A stretch of 64,000 bases of DNA from Camelus dromedarius (Eukaryota), in NCBI RefSeq assembly GCF_036321535.1, contig NC_087436.1, positions 16,244,001 through 16,308,000 on the forward strand, given 5' to 3'. Below the pieces are notes generated by a model, which was not told the DNA's origin, did not search any database, and worked only from the letters and a program-made list of their open reading frames with translations. This document shows positions 12,590 to 26,310 of this stretch, one piece after another. Position 1 is the first letter of the stretch; the number at the start of each line of letters is the position of its first letter. The position numbers and the translations under genes are program-made.

Positions 12590-15500
12590 TGGAAGATCAT
12601 ATTCGAAGCTGAATATGAGCACAGTGTTTAGTTTCATGCTCTATCATAGAAGCAATTAGGAACCTATGCCGATCTTTATAACTGACTCCAGCTAAGCAAT
12701 TTGGGTAATTAATAGGAATAAGAAAGCTAAAAAAATAAAGTGGATAAGTATTTCCCTGTAATTAGGAAAAAAAGTGTCCTGCCCTTAGCATAAAGTTCTA
12801 ATGTAACTTTTTCCTTTTCCTTTAGCTTTTTATTTCTGTTCTCTGCTATGTTTGAAAAGCAAATTGCTTGAAGATGAACAAAGTTTTCTCTTTAATTAGT
12901 TTAAATAGCTTAGTCACCAGAGAAACCTCCCATGGCGAGATCATGTTTTGTCTGCTACAAAGAGATAAGTAGTCTAGCTCAGGCTGATATTACTTTAACT
13001 TGAAGATTTGGTTCATGGGTCTGGGGAGGGCTTTTGATACCAATCTGAGCTTGAGCTTGAGTTCATAAAGTAAGAATTGGCATGGAGAAGAAAGATAGTT
13101 GGTGTCCATTGCTTGTTTTAAAAGTATATGTTACAGAATATTCCAGTATATTTAAAATTAGATAATTTTTTAGTAGTGCTGATTTAAATTTAGCTCTTTG
13201 TTAAGGAACAGAGAGCTCATGACTTCAGAGAGTCAATATGCAGAATAATAGGCAAGAATACTTTGTAACTTGAATTCAGTGACAATAGCATGTCATTCTC
13301 ACAAGTTTTTGAGAAGTGACTAGGAATCTTTCCAATGTAAATAAAAAGGTCATAAAATATCATTTATACCACCATTTCTTTATATCATACATGTAAGGGA
13401 AATTAACTTTATTTTTAAACAAAAAACAGTATGAATGTTGTTAGCATAAAAATTGCAAAAGTGATTTTGGGAACAGAAAGTTGGAGTGGTATTGAACCAT
13501 TTTGGGGAGAAAACAGCTAAATTAGGGGAATGTCTTTTTCAGCCTTTTTCTAATTTTAAGGTCATAAAGTAATATATAAATTTATGCATGTTTATGTTAC
13601 CTTATTAGTAAAATGAAGGGTATTGGTGTAACAGTTGTTTTCTCAAGGCATTTGAATTAGACAAAGCTCTTTACTGGATAAAGGTAGTAAAAACTTGATA
13701 AAGTACTAGGCAGTATATCTTTAGTAACATATTTACTATTCCAAAATATTTAATTTTTTCTTTTTTATACGGATTCAAGAATATTTCTGTATTTCTTATA
13801 CTAAAATACAGTGGGACACTTTCACATCTTGTTCATGATAAAATTGATATTGTGGCTTTATTTTTATTATGTTTTTCTTTTAAAAGATATCTCTGAATCC
13901 AAGTATCTCTATTTCAATTCAAGTACTCATCTAAGTTTATTCTACTCTTTTTCTGAAAAATGAATACCTAGCTGTTTACCTTATGTGCTGCTACAAAAAA
14001 TAAAATAAAATACATTCATGTTCTTTAATATTGTTTCTTATTGTCCTTTTGTGGTATATTTGGACTCTTCTTTCAAAAAATCAGGTTGGAGATATAGTTT
14101 AAATTTAAAAAAACTAAAAATTAGTTGGATGATGGCTAAATACTTTCTTTGTTCTGCTTATTCATTATTACATTTGGCTTTTGACTCATTAAGATACATA
14201 TTAAAGGTTAGTTCAATAAGAGGTGGCTTTTGTGATACATTATTTAGAATGCAAATTATTTTTAAGCTAAAGAATATTAAAAATAAAACAGAACCAACTG
14301 AAGAGTCTGAATTTTTCACAGGCCAAGGGCTTAAAGGTGCAGTGCTCCAGTGCAAATATTAAATTATGAAATGGGAATTTCAGTTTGCCATAAATCTGTC
14401 TGACATAGCAGCTTAAAATAAAATAGTTTTACCCATCTAAAGCAACATCAATTTGCCAGTCAGTGCTTCATGTATCAAAGAGCGTTCTGTGAAAATATCA
14501 ATATCATTGGTTAATATAAATGAAATTAATTTTTAAAGCTGGGCTAAAGGTTGACATCTGAAAAATTGCATTACTTTGCAGAAGAGAAATTTCTGTCTTC
14601 TAGTGAAATTTCAGGTCATGAGGGCAAGTAATTTTCACAATCTTCAATGGGAGCCAGTGAAATATGAACTTCATTGTCACCTAGCCCCAAAGCGATAAGA
14701 TAAAATGAGCTGATACATCATTTGCTGTGGTTTTATCATCTCCCTCAGTAATTGGAAGAGAAAACATAGGAGTGTATGTGTTTGTGTGCTCTCCTCCTGC
14801 CCCTCCCAGCTGCCCCATCATCCACACCCAGGCTAAAACCATTTTAGCCCAATCAATACAGAGGTCACACAGCATTTTATTTATATATTTTTAATTTTTC
14901 ATACTGACTAAACTGCCAGGTAGAACATTAGAGTAATGAATATGTTTAATTGAGTTTGTCAACCATGAAAATGCTAAGGAGAATACTGTACTACATCATA
15001 ATATTAGTGCGCAAAGGAAGAAATTTACTATATAGATGAAAAATATAAATAACTCATAACTAATTTAAAAGGCAATTTTCTTTTGTATTCATGACCTTCA
15101 TATTTTTGTTCTAATTGTTCTGTTCTTTTCCAAGTTTGGGAACATTCTATGTGCTCATGGATATATATTTAATAACAAAATTATCCCCTTAAAGTTTCAC
15201 CAGAGTCAAGCATATGCCATTTTTAAATCCAAAAAAGACTTGTAAATTTTACTTTAAGAATATATCTTTTAAAACTTGAAACTAAAAGTTGTATAGTTGG
15301 TGATGAAATAAATTCTTAAACCAACTGGAATTCATTATTCGAAAAAATTTAGTGCTATGCTTTGAAATCAAGTGTCAGAGAAAATTATATGCAACAAAAT
15401 CCAAACACTATATTAGTAATAGAATAGTACAACTTTAAAATGCTTGATTAAAATTACTTTCAGCTAGTTTGTTAAAATTGCAAGTATTGTAAGTAAAACA

Positions 15501-16750
15501 TATTGCACACATACTTGGTGGTGTGTTGATAGTAGAATATTTTTCAACATTAGTTTTCATTTTGAATGTATTTCAAACATTTACCATTTTCCCACACTAT
15601 AATGTCATTCTTGTGACTAATGTATAAGTATGCTCCACTATAATGGGATATGAATATCTTCTACCTGTGGTATAATTGTTTAATTGTTGGCGCGACTAGT
15701 TTATATTTTGTATACTCAGTTTAAAACATTTTTCTTGATGTTAAATATATATCCATATAGTTGGGAAATGCTTTTGTTGTGAAATTTTAAGTAGTATTGT
15801 TTATATATATTATCTGATTTTACTTTTATTATCAAATTCTTCAGAAATCAATATGGAATTACCTGAAAGTAAACTCTCCCCAAATTGGTGAATACTTGGA
15901 CTAGATATGTAATCCTAGTTTTAAGTATAAGGGAATACTATTTTTAAAACCACCTTTTATTGATCCTATATATGCAGACTTCCATGTAAATATTTCTTAT
16001 TTTTGAGGTTAAATATTTGATCACTTTTTAATATCTTCCTTTTTAAAAAGAATTTGTAAATGTTTTAAATGTATTGAGGTAGATTCTGAAAACAAAACCT
16101 TTTTTCTTGAGACAAATATGGCTATATTTTCAGAGACTATTTAAATCTATTTTGAACATGCCTAATATTCAGTAAGTAAGAGTATCATGCAGTTAGACAA
16201 TAATGTAAGTTTCTATGTTTTATTCTTTCATGAGGATGAGAAAAAGTGTTATTTGGATAAATTCATAAGCTTTTCAAAATTAATCGTTAAAGGTGAAAAA
16301 TGTTTTGCTTTCAAGCCAATAAATGCAACAGAGTGAAGAAATTTTCCTATGTATTCATAGTGTACTATTTGAAGGGTAGGAGAAAGAAATGTGTGTATTA
16401 TTTGGGGGAAATAATACATCCTTTTTCAGAGTCACAACTTTCAGACAAAAATTTTAAAGAGGATATTCTTGGTACTTTTAATGTAAAGAAACAGTATATA
16501 TACTTACATGTGTGTATACATATATATTATATACTGATTTCTTTTTTCTTCTCTACAACCTTACCTAAACATTTAACTAACAAACTATCTTTGTTGAAAC
16601 AAATTATTAAAAGATGAAAGTTAAATTCACTAATAATAATACTAACAATATTAAAACAAGGTGCTAAACATTCAAAGAGAGTGCTGTAGGCTTAAGCTTT
16701 CAAGCTATTCTAGATTTGGGGTCATAACACAGAGCAATGGTAATGATACG

Positions 16751-16764
16751 GTTTCCATAGCAAC
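16751..16764. promoter_or_regulatory. RFX X-box motif
   Basis: GTTTCCATAGCAAC closely matches the 14-bp imperfect palindromic RFX consensus and lies in apparently non-repetitive DNA. Function untested. Confidence 0.5.
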
Positions 16765-18554
16765 TGATTCATTGGAGGGCTAGACCTCTGTCTAGGGTGC
16801 TGTCAATGTATGTAGAGTTTCAGTGAACAGAAAGTCCCAAAGAAGGGTCTGCTTCTACCTAATCCAGTTTTAATTGAACTCTAGAGACTTTGAAGTGAAG
16901 CCTCCGACCAGGAATATACTATTCCAATATGAAACAAACCTCTTGCTTAGCTAGGCCTCAGCTGCTTTTCAGTACTGACACCTTTTCCTAATGAATACTT
17001 TAAAGAAATGTTATTATATCGATTTCAGCTAGTAATTCTGTTATTTACGAGATTCTTTGTTTCTATTTTAAACCCCAGTTATTTTGACCGTAAGTATAGA
17101 ATTTCATTTGTTAATTTTTTTAAGTCAGTCTGATTTTTAAATTTTGATACCTTTGACAATTCTAAATAATTTTCTGTCTCTCCTGTTTCTGTTTCTTTGA
17201 CTTTTAAAACATTACTTCATCTGCTTATATTTAACTTTGAAAGCACACTGCCATGCCTTCAGTATGATATCGTTTATATCAGGTTTGAAAACATGTAGCA
17301 CAATGCTGGATATTATCTGTGGATGTGTATGTAGTAATAGTATAAAAACTTCCTTGGGAATGATAAACCTCAAAACAAGGATAGTGACTGGCTCTGATGA
17401 AGCAGGAAAATGGGATCAGGAAAGGTTATGTATGGGAATTTCAACTTTATCTGTAATGCTTTATTAATTTTTTAAATATGTGCAGTAGTGTACAGTGTTA
17501 GGATTTTGTAAATTTCAGTAGTGGGTGCATGGTGCTTATGTCACATCCTGTAGTATGAATATGTTTGACAATTGGTAATAAAACAAATTTTAAAGGACAT
17601 ACCACTTGCTGTATTCAAGTAGGTTTTAAAAATAACTGTACTATTTAAAGAAGTGGGATATAACTTGAATTTTTTGATCAATTGGAAAGCTGTTTCAGTT
17701 CATTAAAAATTTCATAATAATGTTTAAATATATTGACTTCTGCTAATAATTGGAATATCCTAGAGTGTAATTAAATCTTTTAATTGCATGACTATGATGT
17801 TGAAATGTTTGACATCACCATTACGAGCAACAAGTCTTATTATATAGCTCTAAAGATATAAAAGGTAGAATTTTTAGACCAATGTGTGATATTCTTAGCA
17901 TATCACAGAGCTAAAGAGGTCCTTTGTTGTTTGTTTTCATTTGATTTTCCCCTTTCACTTATAAACCCCAGTACAGGAAAACAAGTGTAATTGATTGAAA
18001 TTTCTGATGAGCTGAGTTCTACTTTATCAAACATTTAAATCTTTTTTTTTTTTTTTTTTTTTAGAAATGTGACAATGCGGTATGTAAATTAGGGCTGGAC
18101 TTTTGGATTAGAAACCCTGCAAGTAGGACAGACTTTGCCACTAACTTCCGTAGGGACTTTGTATTAAGTATTTAACTTGTCTGGGTCTCGCTTCCCTTAT
18201 TAATAGTTGGATAGATTGGACTGCAAGTAGGACAGAACATGTATTAGGTTCTCTGCCACTTGAAAAGTTAAGTACGGCAAACTCAAATACCAATGGAAAC
18301 TAGGCAGATAATAGCAGATGCGCGAATGAGTGGAAACTGTTCCCAAACAGAGAGTGCTCGCCAGTGGTACTATGTGGCATTTAGATCTAGGTGGGCAGAT
18401 TCTCCAGTTTTTCCTGAGAAACCATAAATCTGAACATTTATGTAAAGATTCATTTTCCCAAGTACTTTTAACTACTTGAAATTTTGTTAAAATATCATAT
18501 GGCCTGTACAAAATTAATTTGGATTGTATATGGAGTTTCAGTTGCCATTTGTTG

Positions 18555-19160
18555 GTTCATGTAATCATTTAAAAACACCTACTTTGTGCCAGTCCTTATT
18601 CTAGAAGGCGGAAATAAAGTGTGTGCAAAGACTTTGGTCTAGTAGAACTTAGGCTCCCGTACTGGAGTGCTGAAGAGGCAGTATACAAGCAAGGAAACAT
18701 TGTAATTTCTGGTACTGATAAGTATTGTGAAGGAAACCTGAAGAGTTTGGGGTGGGATGAGGTGGTAAGAGAGGAGGTGGGGTTTAGATCCTATGGCTTC
18801 TCTAAGGAGGAGACATTTGAGCAGAAATCTGAATGTAAGAATGCCAAGTCTGTGAAGATCTGGGAGAAGAACATTCCATGCAGAGATGAAAGCAAGTATA
18901 GGGCCCTGAGGAAGAAGGAGTTGGGTTCATCAGGCTTTGTAAACAATTATAAAGAGCTTCAGAGTTTATTCTGCATGTGACATGGATCCACTGGATGATA
19001 TTAAATACACAAGAGATGTGATGTGGTTTATATTTTAAAAATTATTTTCTTCGGCTACTCTGGTTGTAGGAGACTCTACAGGTAAGAATAGAAGGAAAGA
19101 GACCACGAAGGAGGCTACGGCAGACTCTGGAGCTTGGGCAAACTGGTTATGGTGTGAGAG
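18555..19160 (-). mobile_element. L2 remnant
   Basis: cacctactttgtgccag ... ggcttctctaaggaggagacatttgagcaga ... gaagaacattcca, typical of the L2 3' region. Confidence 0.65.
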
Positions 19161-20653
19161 ACGGGTTCAGGCGACTTCTGCTTTAAAAAAGTCTTGAGAG
19201 TAGTGCCCATTTTTTTTGTCTTCTCTTTTTCTGTTAATTCCTCTTGATCTCACGTACATAGGTATTGATTGTATGAAAGAGCTAGTAGGATTTTCTCTAT
19301 CACCAGTTTTAAAGCTGAAAGTGTGATTAGTTGTTTGGGACTTTGAGTTGTTTTGTTTTTCAAAAAACACTGAGCCTAAGAATTGTACCCATTCTTTCAT
19401 TTCTAGATCCTGTGGTGCCAGAGATAGAATAATATCTGTAGAAAAATCTATATATATACTTTGCGAATTAAATACAGTTGCTCACTTCCCCTCATTCCCA
19501 AAACCCTGCGTTTTACATTGAGAAATACAGGTTTTTTGCAATTAAGATCTAGAAAATGGAAATCAGTATAGATATGAACATTTGTGTTGGATAAATTCTT
19601 TCTATTCATTATTTTTCCTCTCTTTGCTTATCTCATCTTTGTCCCAACAATGCAATATCATAATCAAATGTCTTTTTATTTGTATTTTTTAATGGTGGTT
19701 ATTTTTGAGAGATATATCTTAGTTGTTTAACTGAATTTTCTTTTACAGATTTTCATCAGTTTTTGATGGCAAATACATTTTTTTATTAATACTATGTGAA
19801 GTATTGATGTGGAGAAATTCCATATCTGGTTTTCCTTTAACACTTTCCTAATTAAGCTTTTGAAATGAACTTTTTTAAAAACAAAACTTGAATAACAAAG
19901 CAACAAAGTGGCTTAGGACTAAAGACAGGATTACTTTGAGTTGGCAAAGTATTCTAAACCACTGCGTCTGTCACATGGGATGACAAGACTTGTAACAAGT
20001 TACTCTGACAACCACCTACTCCATAGAGAGATTATGCTGAGTTCATTTGCAGGTTTGTGTTTAGCCTAGCTGACAAAATGATACTTAACCTCTTACACAG
20101 TCAGTCTTTGTGCTTCCTAAATGAGCGACTGTTAGCTTAACAGTGACCTTGTAAGTGTGATTTTTCAGTTATGAGCTTAAATATGTATTTTTAAAGTACG
20201 TAAAAATATTTAGGGGTACATTATAATCATCTTATATGAAACTGAATTTTATGAGTGATCTATAAGCCTGTAGGATATCTTTTTGAGGTCTTTCTCCTTT
20301 TTAAGGTTTTGTCTAAAATTTTACTTCTTTAATGTGACTCAAAAATTAATGAATAATGTAATATGTATTTCCCGAAAAACAGTATTTTACATCATTGCTT
20401 TAAAAAGCCCCAAATATATTTATAAGCAGATGTTTTATAGTTCTGTTCTGTTTTTTTTTTCCATTTAAGCATCTTTTCCATAAATTTCAGTCTATTTTCT
20501 TAGTCACCCTCCAAATTAATTCAATAATTATTTATTCAATTCTTAGAAATTCTTTTTCTTAAAAGGGACTTTTCTGTTTTAACTGGCAGGAAGAACAAAA
20601 AAAAAAAAATTCTACTATTGTTACTTACTTGGGGTTCTTTTTTTCCTCACTAG

Positions 20654-20771
20654 ATCCTGGCATATACAGAAGGGCTGCATGGAAAATGGCTGTTCACAGA
20701 GATACGATCAATCTTTTCTCGTCGTTATCTTTTGCAAAATACAGCCTTGGAGATCTTTATGGCAAACAGAG
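20654..20771 (+). CDS. LRBA: LRBA internal exon (PH domain of the PH-BEACH unit), 118 nt
   Basis: Acceptor ttttcctcactag|ATC, donor AGAG|gtaata. Translates [39 protein letters not shown]+[11 protein letters not shown] fits LRBA rather than its paralog NBEA (recalled as WMFSEIRAVF). Confidence 0.96.
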
Positions 20772-22918
20772 GTAATATGTCGCAGACGTATATTGTTACA
20801 AAGCTAACCGCCATCTCCCAAAATTTCATTTTTAACATGCCATATTGTTTCCATTTAGATAGAATTTTGTAGCCTACTCTCTGCCCTGTTGACCTCTTTT
20901 TCAAACCACGTGCATCTTCATGGTTTCCCTCCAGCCCTTGGTCATTCTTAGAATTATTTGTAGGAGTTTTATTTTTCTGACCAAATCACAGATTAGTGCA
21001 AGGCTTTATAAATATGAGGAATAACTACCCATTTAATCATTTGTGGAGTTTGGATGTCCTCAACGTTGCTCTGACGCTCAAACTCCTTCTGGAAGGTGGC
21101 TGCATTTCGAGAGGGGAGAGGGTAATCAAATGATTCATACATTTATTTAATTTTTTGTCTAATCTATTGCCATTTATAAAGGGACCATCAGAAAATGGTA
21201 CTGAACTGTCCTGGTTGCTTTGTATTACATCATTCTTGAAAGAACTAAAATTCAATTTGTGGGTTTAGAATTGAACTTGGTGAAATTCATTAAGGCAAGA
21301 AGGAGAGACAATGTGAACTTGAAGGAAAAAGCATTGCTGGGTATGAGTGGAGGCATACAAGGGACATTATATAAAACTCTATGACTTATTTTACATACTC
21401 TTATATAAATAGATTGAAATTTTGTTATTTTCTCTGTCAATAACCTACAAGTTGTCATTTTAAAAATCTACGCATAACATATATTCCATACATTTTTTAA
21501 TGAAATCGTGTTTCTCTAGGGAGTACAGATTTCTTTAGGAAAAGATGTTTTTCCCTTTCATATTTGGTCTTCTCCCACACACATACCTCTTCTTCTAATG
21601 TAAACATTATTCTCCCAGGCAAATAATCAAGTGACTGTTTCACACTTTAGTTCAGTCTGCATTCTTGCTGTTCCAGAGGGGTCTCAGCCTTACAGTATTT
21701 ATTACTTGCTCATCCTCATTTATTTTCCTTCTTTGAAATTTCTTACGCGTCTTTGCTTTATATCTTTGTACGTGTGTTTTTCTGTTGCCTTTCCCTCATG
21801 GCCTTGGTCATCTGCCATAACCTGAGTTTTTCTTTTTGTTTTTTTTTCTTCCCTTGTATTCAGTATAATAGTGGATATATAAGGAAGCTTATTAATAAGT
21901 TATGTTGGATATACACATGATAGTTCTAAATATACTTTAGGTTCTTAGTGAATGATCATATACTTACTTACCCAAAATGTACCTAACATGATGTAATGCC
22001 AGTGTTTAAAAACTACACCAACCTCGATGAAATGTTTTGGTTTGTAGTATTTTTTAGGCTAGATAGAAGGATCATTTTCTTGATGAGTACTTGTAGATTA
22101 TTTATGGTACTGAAATAGAAATTAATATAATTAAAATTTCAAGATTGACCAAATTAATATCTTCTAAATTCCCTATCATGATTTTATGACTTTGATATTT
22201 TCATATTTTTAAGAAGGATAAAATTTTATAAATGACTTGTAAATTAACATTTATATTTTGAATATACTTATATATATGAGGTACACTTATTGATTGTCTC
22301 AAAATGTGTAATTATTGAAATAGCAATGATTAGAAAGCATTTAAATTTAATCATTAATCATAGAAAAATTTTTTCTTCAAGTCACACATTGTTCTGAATT
22401 ATATTAACATATAAAGCATAAACATAAACATTGTAAAGAGAATTATTTCTTAAGCTATTCGTCATTAGCAATATAACCAACAATTTAACAGCTATATTTG
22501 TAGCCTTTTTGGTATTAGATTGTTAAGTATATAAACTTAAAAATTTAAAGTTTTTTATAGAAATTCATAGATATATTTAAAAATATATATATATTATAAC
22601 TTATAAAAAATTCAATTCTGTACATTCAAAATTGTAGCTTGATAAAATCTCAACATCATGTCACATTAATGCAGCAATAGTTGATATAACTTCTGACAGT
22701 ATTTAGAGAAGGAACTATCTGATAGTTTATGAGTAAATGACTATCATTTCTGGCATATTAATATTAGAACTTGATATATACTATAATAAAAGTAATATGG
22801 TAAAAATTCTATTTAATAGATACCTGAACTAAGAGTAAGCATTTTATTAGACCAAGAAGTCAGTTTTCCAGAGAGAAAACCATATTTTATTCTAATTTTT
22901 AAAAATTATTTTTCATAG

Positions 22919-23021
22919 TTGCTGTGATGTTCAACTTCCCAGACCCTGCAACAGTGAAGAAAGTGGTTAACTATCTGCCTCGTGTTGGTATTGGAACCAG
23001 TTTTGGATTGCCTCAAACCAG
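22919..23021 (+). CDS. LRBA: LRBA internal exon (PH domain end), 103 nt
   Basis: Acceptor tttttcatag|TT, donor ACCAG|gtactg. Phase 1 in, phase 2 out. Encodes (V)AVMFNFPDPATVKKVVNYLPRVGIGTSFGLPQT(R), in frame with the previous exon. Confidence 0.96.
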
Positions 23022-23179
23022 GTACTGTTCTATATGAAATAAATATGGAAAATAACCTATATTAATATTTGTTCTTATGTGTTTTGAAATGCATGACCTT
23101 TTGTGCTTCATAGTAAATGATGATTATTAGTGTATTGTTATATTTTGAGTCAAATGAACTTCTGTCTGAAGAAATGAGA

Positions 23180-26100
23180 AAAAGAAGAACATATGTATAG
23201 CAAACTAAGCTGAAAAAAGAAAGTAATAAACAAGGGAATTTTAATGAAGAAGAAATCAAAAACAATAAAGAAAAATCAATACAATGGAAAGCTATTTCTC
23301 TGAAAAGATTAATAAATGTAATAAATATCTACACATGACTTAAAAAAAAAGATACACTGCTAATATCAGAATGAAGGAAGGGATATCACTACAGATCCTA
23401 AAGATATTAAAAATAAAATCAGGAAATATTATGAACAAATTTATGCCCCTTAATTAGACAACTTAGATGAAATGAGCAGATTCCATGAAAGACACAAACT
23501 GTCAAATCTCACTAGTGGAAATAGGTAACTTTAATAGCTCTATAGAGGAAATTGAATTTGTAGCTTAAAATCTTCTAACAGAGAAAATTCCTCACTTACA
23601 TGGTTTCAGTGGCAAATTCTGTCAAATGTTTAATGAAGAAGTAATACTATTTCTGGGCAAACTCTTACAGAAAATAGAGAAGAGGGGTAAATTTCCAGAG
23701 TCATTCTAAGAAGCCAGCATTACCTGAATTCCAAATCCACAGCAAGGCATTACCAGAAGAGGAAGCTACAGACCATCTTGATTGAAAAGGAAGAAATAAA
23801 ACTGTCTTTTTTAGTTTATGTACATGACTTAATGTGTACATTCCCAAGGAAACTGCAAATTTTTTTTAAAAAGCTGTTTGAACTAATAACGAAGTTTAGC
23901 AATTTTGTAGCGTATGTAATTTTATTCCTATATAGTAGTAATGAACAATTGGAAATTGAAATTAAAGAGTATTTAAATAGTATCAAAAAATTAAGCATCT
24001 ATAGATAAAATTGAAAATATTAATATTTGCTCTTTGAAAACTGTAAAACATTGTTTAGAGAAATTAAAGAAACCTGAAAGTGGAAAGTTGTACCATACCA
24101 TGTTCATGAATTGAAAGACTCAATATAAGTATGATGTTAGTTCTCTCCAAACAGATCTATGGGTTCAACGATTCTATTCAAAATCCTAGATGGCCTTTTT
24201 TGAGAAACTGACAAGCTAATTCTAAAATTTAAGTGGAGCAAATATCTAGAGTAACTAAAACAATTTGGAAAAGAAAAACAAAGTTGGAGGACTTTAACTA
24301 TGTGATTTCAGGACTTAATGTGTTTTGTGAAATAGACTTAAAGAGCAGTAGAATATAATAGCATCCAGAAATAGCCTGCACAGAAATGATCATTTTGATT
24401 TTTAACAAGGATATCAATCTATGTCTATGGGAAAAGATAGTTTTTCCAACAAATGGTTGTCAATGATTGGATATCCATATATACAAACACATAAAAAAAA
24501 AACCCCCAAAACAAACCCTACAAACCCCACCTCATCCTTTACCTAACATATAAATTAACTCAAAACATAACATAACCTAAACATAAGTGCTAATGTAAAA
24601 CTTCCTAAAAAAAAATACGAGAAAAATCTTTGTGACTTTGAGTTAGGCAAAATTTCTTAGATAAGACTGAAAAAAAAATCATTAATTGACCTTTGAAATT
24701 AAAACCATTTGCTTTTGAAAGACACTCTTGAGAAAATGAAAGGATATGCTATCAGCTGAGTTAATATATTTGTACAACTTAAAAGTGATAAAGGATTTAT
24801 ATAAAGGATATATAAGAAGCTGCTGCAAGGAGGATATAGTTCAAGTGGTAGAGTGCATGCTTCCCATGCACAAGGTCCTGGCTTCAGTCCCTGGTACCAC
24901 CTCTGAGAATAAATGAATAAACCTAATTACCCTCCCCCACAAAAAAAGTTTAAAGATTAATTTAAAAAACTATTAAAAAAAAAAAAAAAAGAAACTCCTA
25001 CATTTAATAGTAGGACAAACAACCTATTAAAAAAAAAACCAGAAGATTTTTTACAGATACTTCAGCAAAGAATAGATATAAATATCAAACACATGAAAAA
25101 GTGCCACACATCATTCATTAGTCATCGAGGAAACGCCAGTTAAACTGCAATGTAATGTCATGGCCCAACTGTTAGAATGACTTTTTAAAAACCTGTAACA
25201 AGAGCTAATAAGAATGCACAGTACCTGGAGCTTCACATGTTGCTGATGGGAAAGTAAAGTGGTGGCCACTTTGGAAACAGTTTTGCGGTTTCATATAAAA
25301 TTAATCATAAACTTACCACATATGCCAGTAGTCTCACTCAAAGGCATCTATGGAGAATAGAAAATAGGCCTATTCATGTGGTGACCTGTTCATGAATGTT
25401 TATAACAGCCATATTTATAATCGCAAAAAATTTAGAAATAGCCAAGATGGTCATCAACTAGTGAATGGACAAATTATCATATATCCATCCATCCAATAGA
25501 AAATACTGCTCAGCGGTAAAAAGGAACAAACTACTATTACAGGGAACAACCTGGATGGATTTGAGAAGTGTTATGCTAGGTGAAGGAAGCCAGCACAAAA
25601 GACCACATACTGTGTGATTCTATTTATATGACTTTTTGAAAAAAACAGACCACTTCATCAGGAACTCTAGAACCAAGCTAGTAGGAATACAAATTAGTAT
25701 AGTCACTTTGGAAAGTTTGCTAGTCTTCTTATAAAGTTAAATATACATTTAATTTATGTCCTGTCAGTTCGACTCCTAGGAATTTACCCAAGAGTATTGA
25801 AAATATATATACATACATTCACTTGTAAGCAAATATTAATAGCACTGTTATTCATACAGTTCCAAACTGAGAACATTTCTAGTTCCATCAACTGTGCATG
25901 GATCAATAGATTGTAGTGCATCCAGGCAATGAAACACTACTCAGAAATAGAAAGGAATTGACTACTGATACATGTAACAGCAGGGATGAATCTCAAAAGC
26001 ATCGTGCTAGGTAAAAGAAGTGAGGAGGCATCGTGGCCTTCACACATTATAGCCATGGGCTATGAGTCTATTTATGTGAAATTGTTGAAAAAACAAAACT

Positions 26101-26310
26101 GTATTGTGATAGAAAGCAGATCCTTGCCAGGAGCCAGGAACTGCCAGGGACAAAGGAATTCACTGCAAAAGGATGCCGGGGACCATTTTGCAGAATATCT
26201 TGATTGTAATGGTGGTTATAGAAATAGGTATATCCAAAACTGATTAAACTGTACACTTAAATTTGGTAAATGTTGTTTTATTAAATTTTATCTCAACAAT
26301 CTTATCTCAT
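23180..26310 (+). mobile_element. Decayed ancient L1 (ORF2 to 3' end), sense to LRBA
   Basis: Colinear ORF2 remnants (gatatcactacagatcc, aaggaagaaataaaactgtc, aacaaagttggaggact) and an L1M-type 3' end (gtacacttaaat ... tatctcaa). Confidence 0.85.
24828..24988 (+). mobile_element. tRNA-derived SINE (Vic-1-like) inserted in an old L1
   Basis: Head ggaggatatagttcaagtggtagagtgcatgc...ggtcctgg, then aataaacctaattacc and poly-A. Degenerate TSD aagaagctgctgca / aagaaactcctaca. Confidence 0.87.

Noticed and set aside
25200..26310. Apparent tandem duplication of about 450 bp (cactttggaaa... repeated)
   Set aside because: Both copies are diverged L1 3' segments. This is best explained by the internal structure of old L1 3' ends or by nested L1s, not a host duplication.
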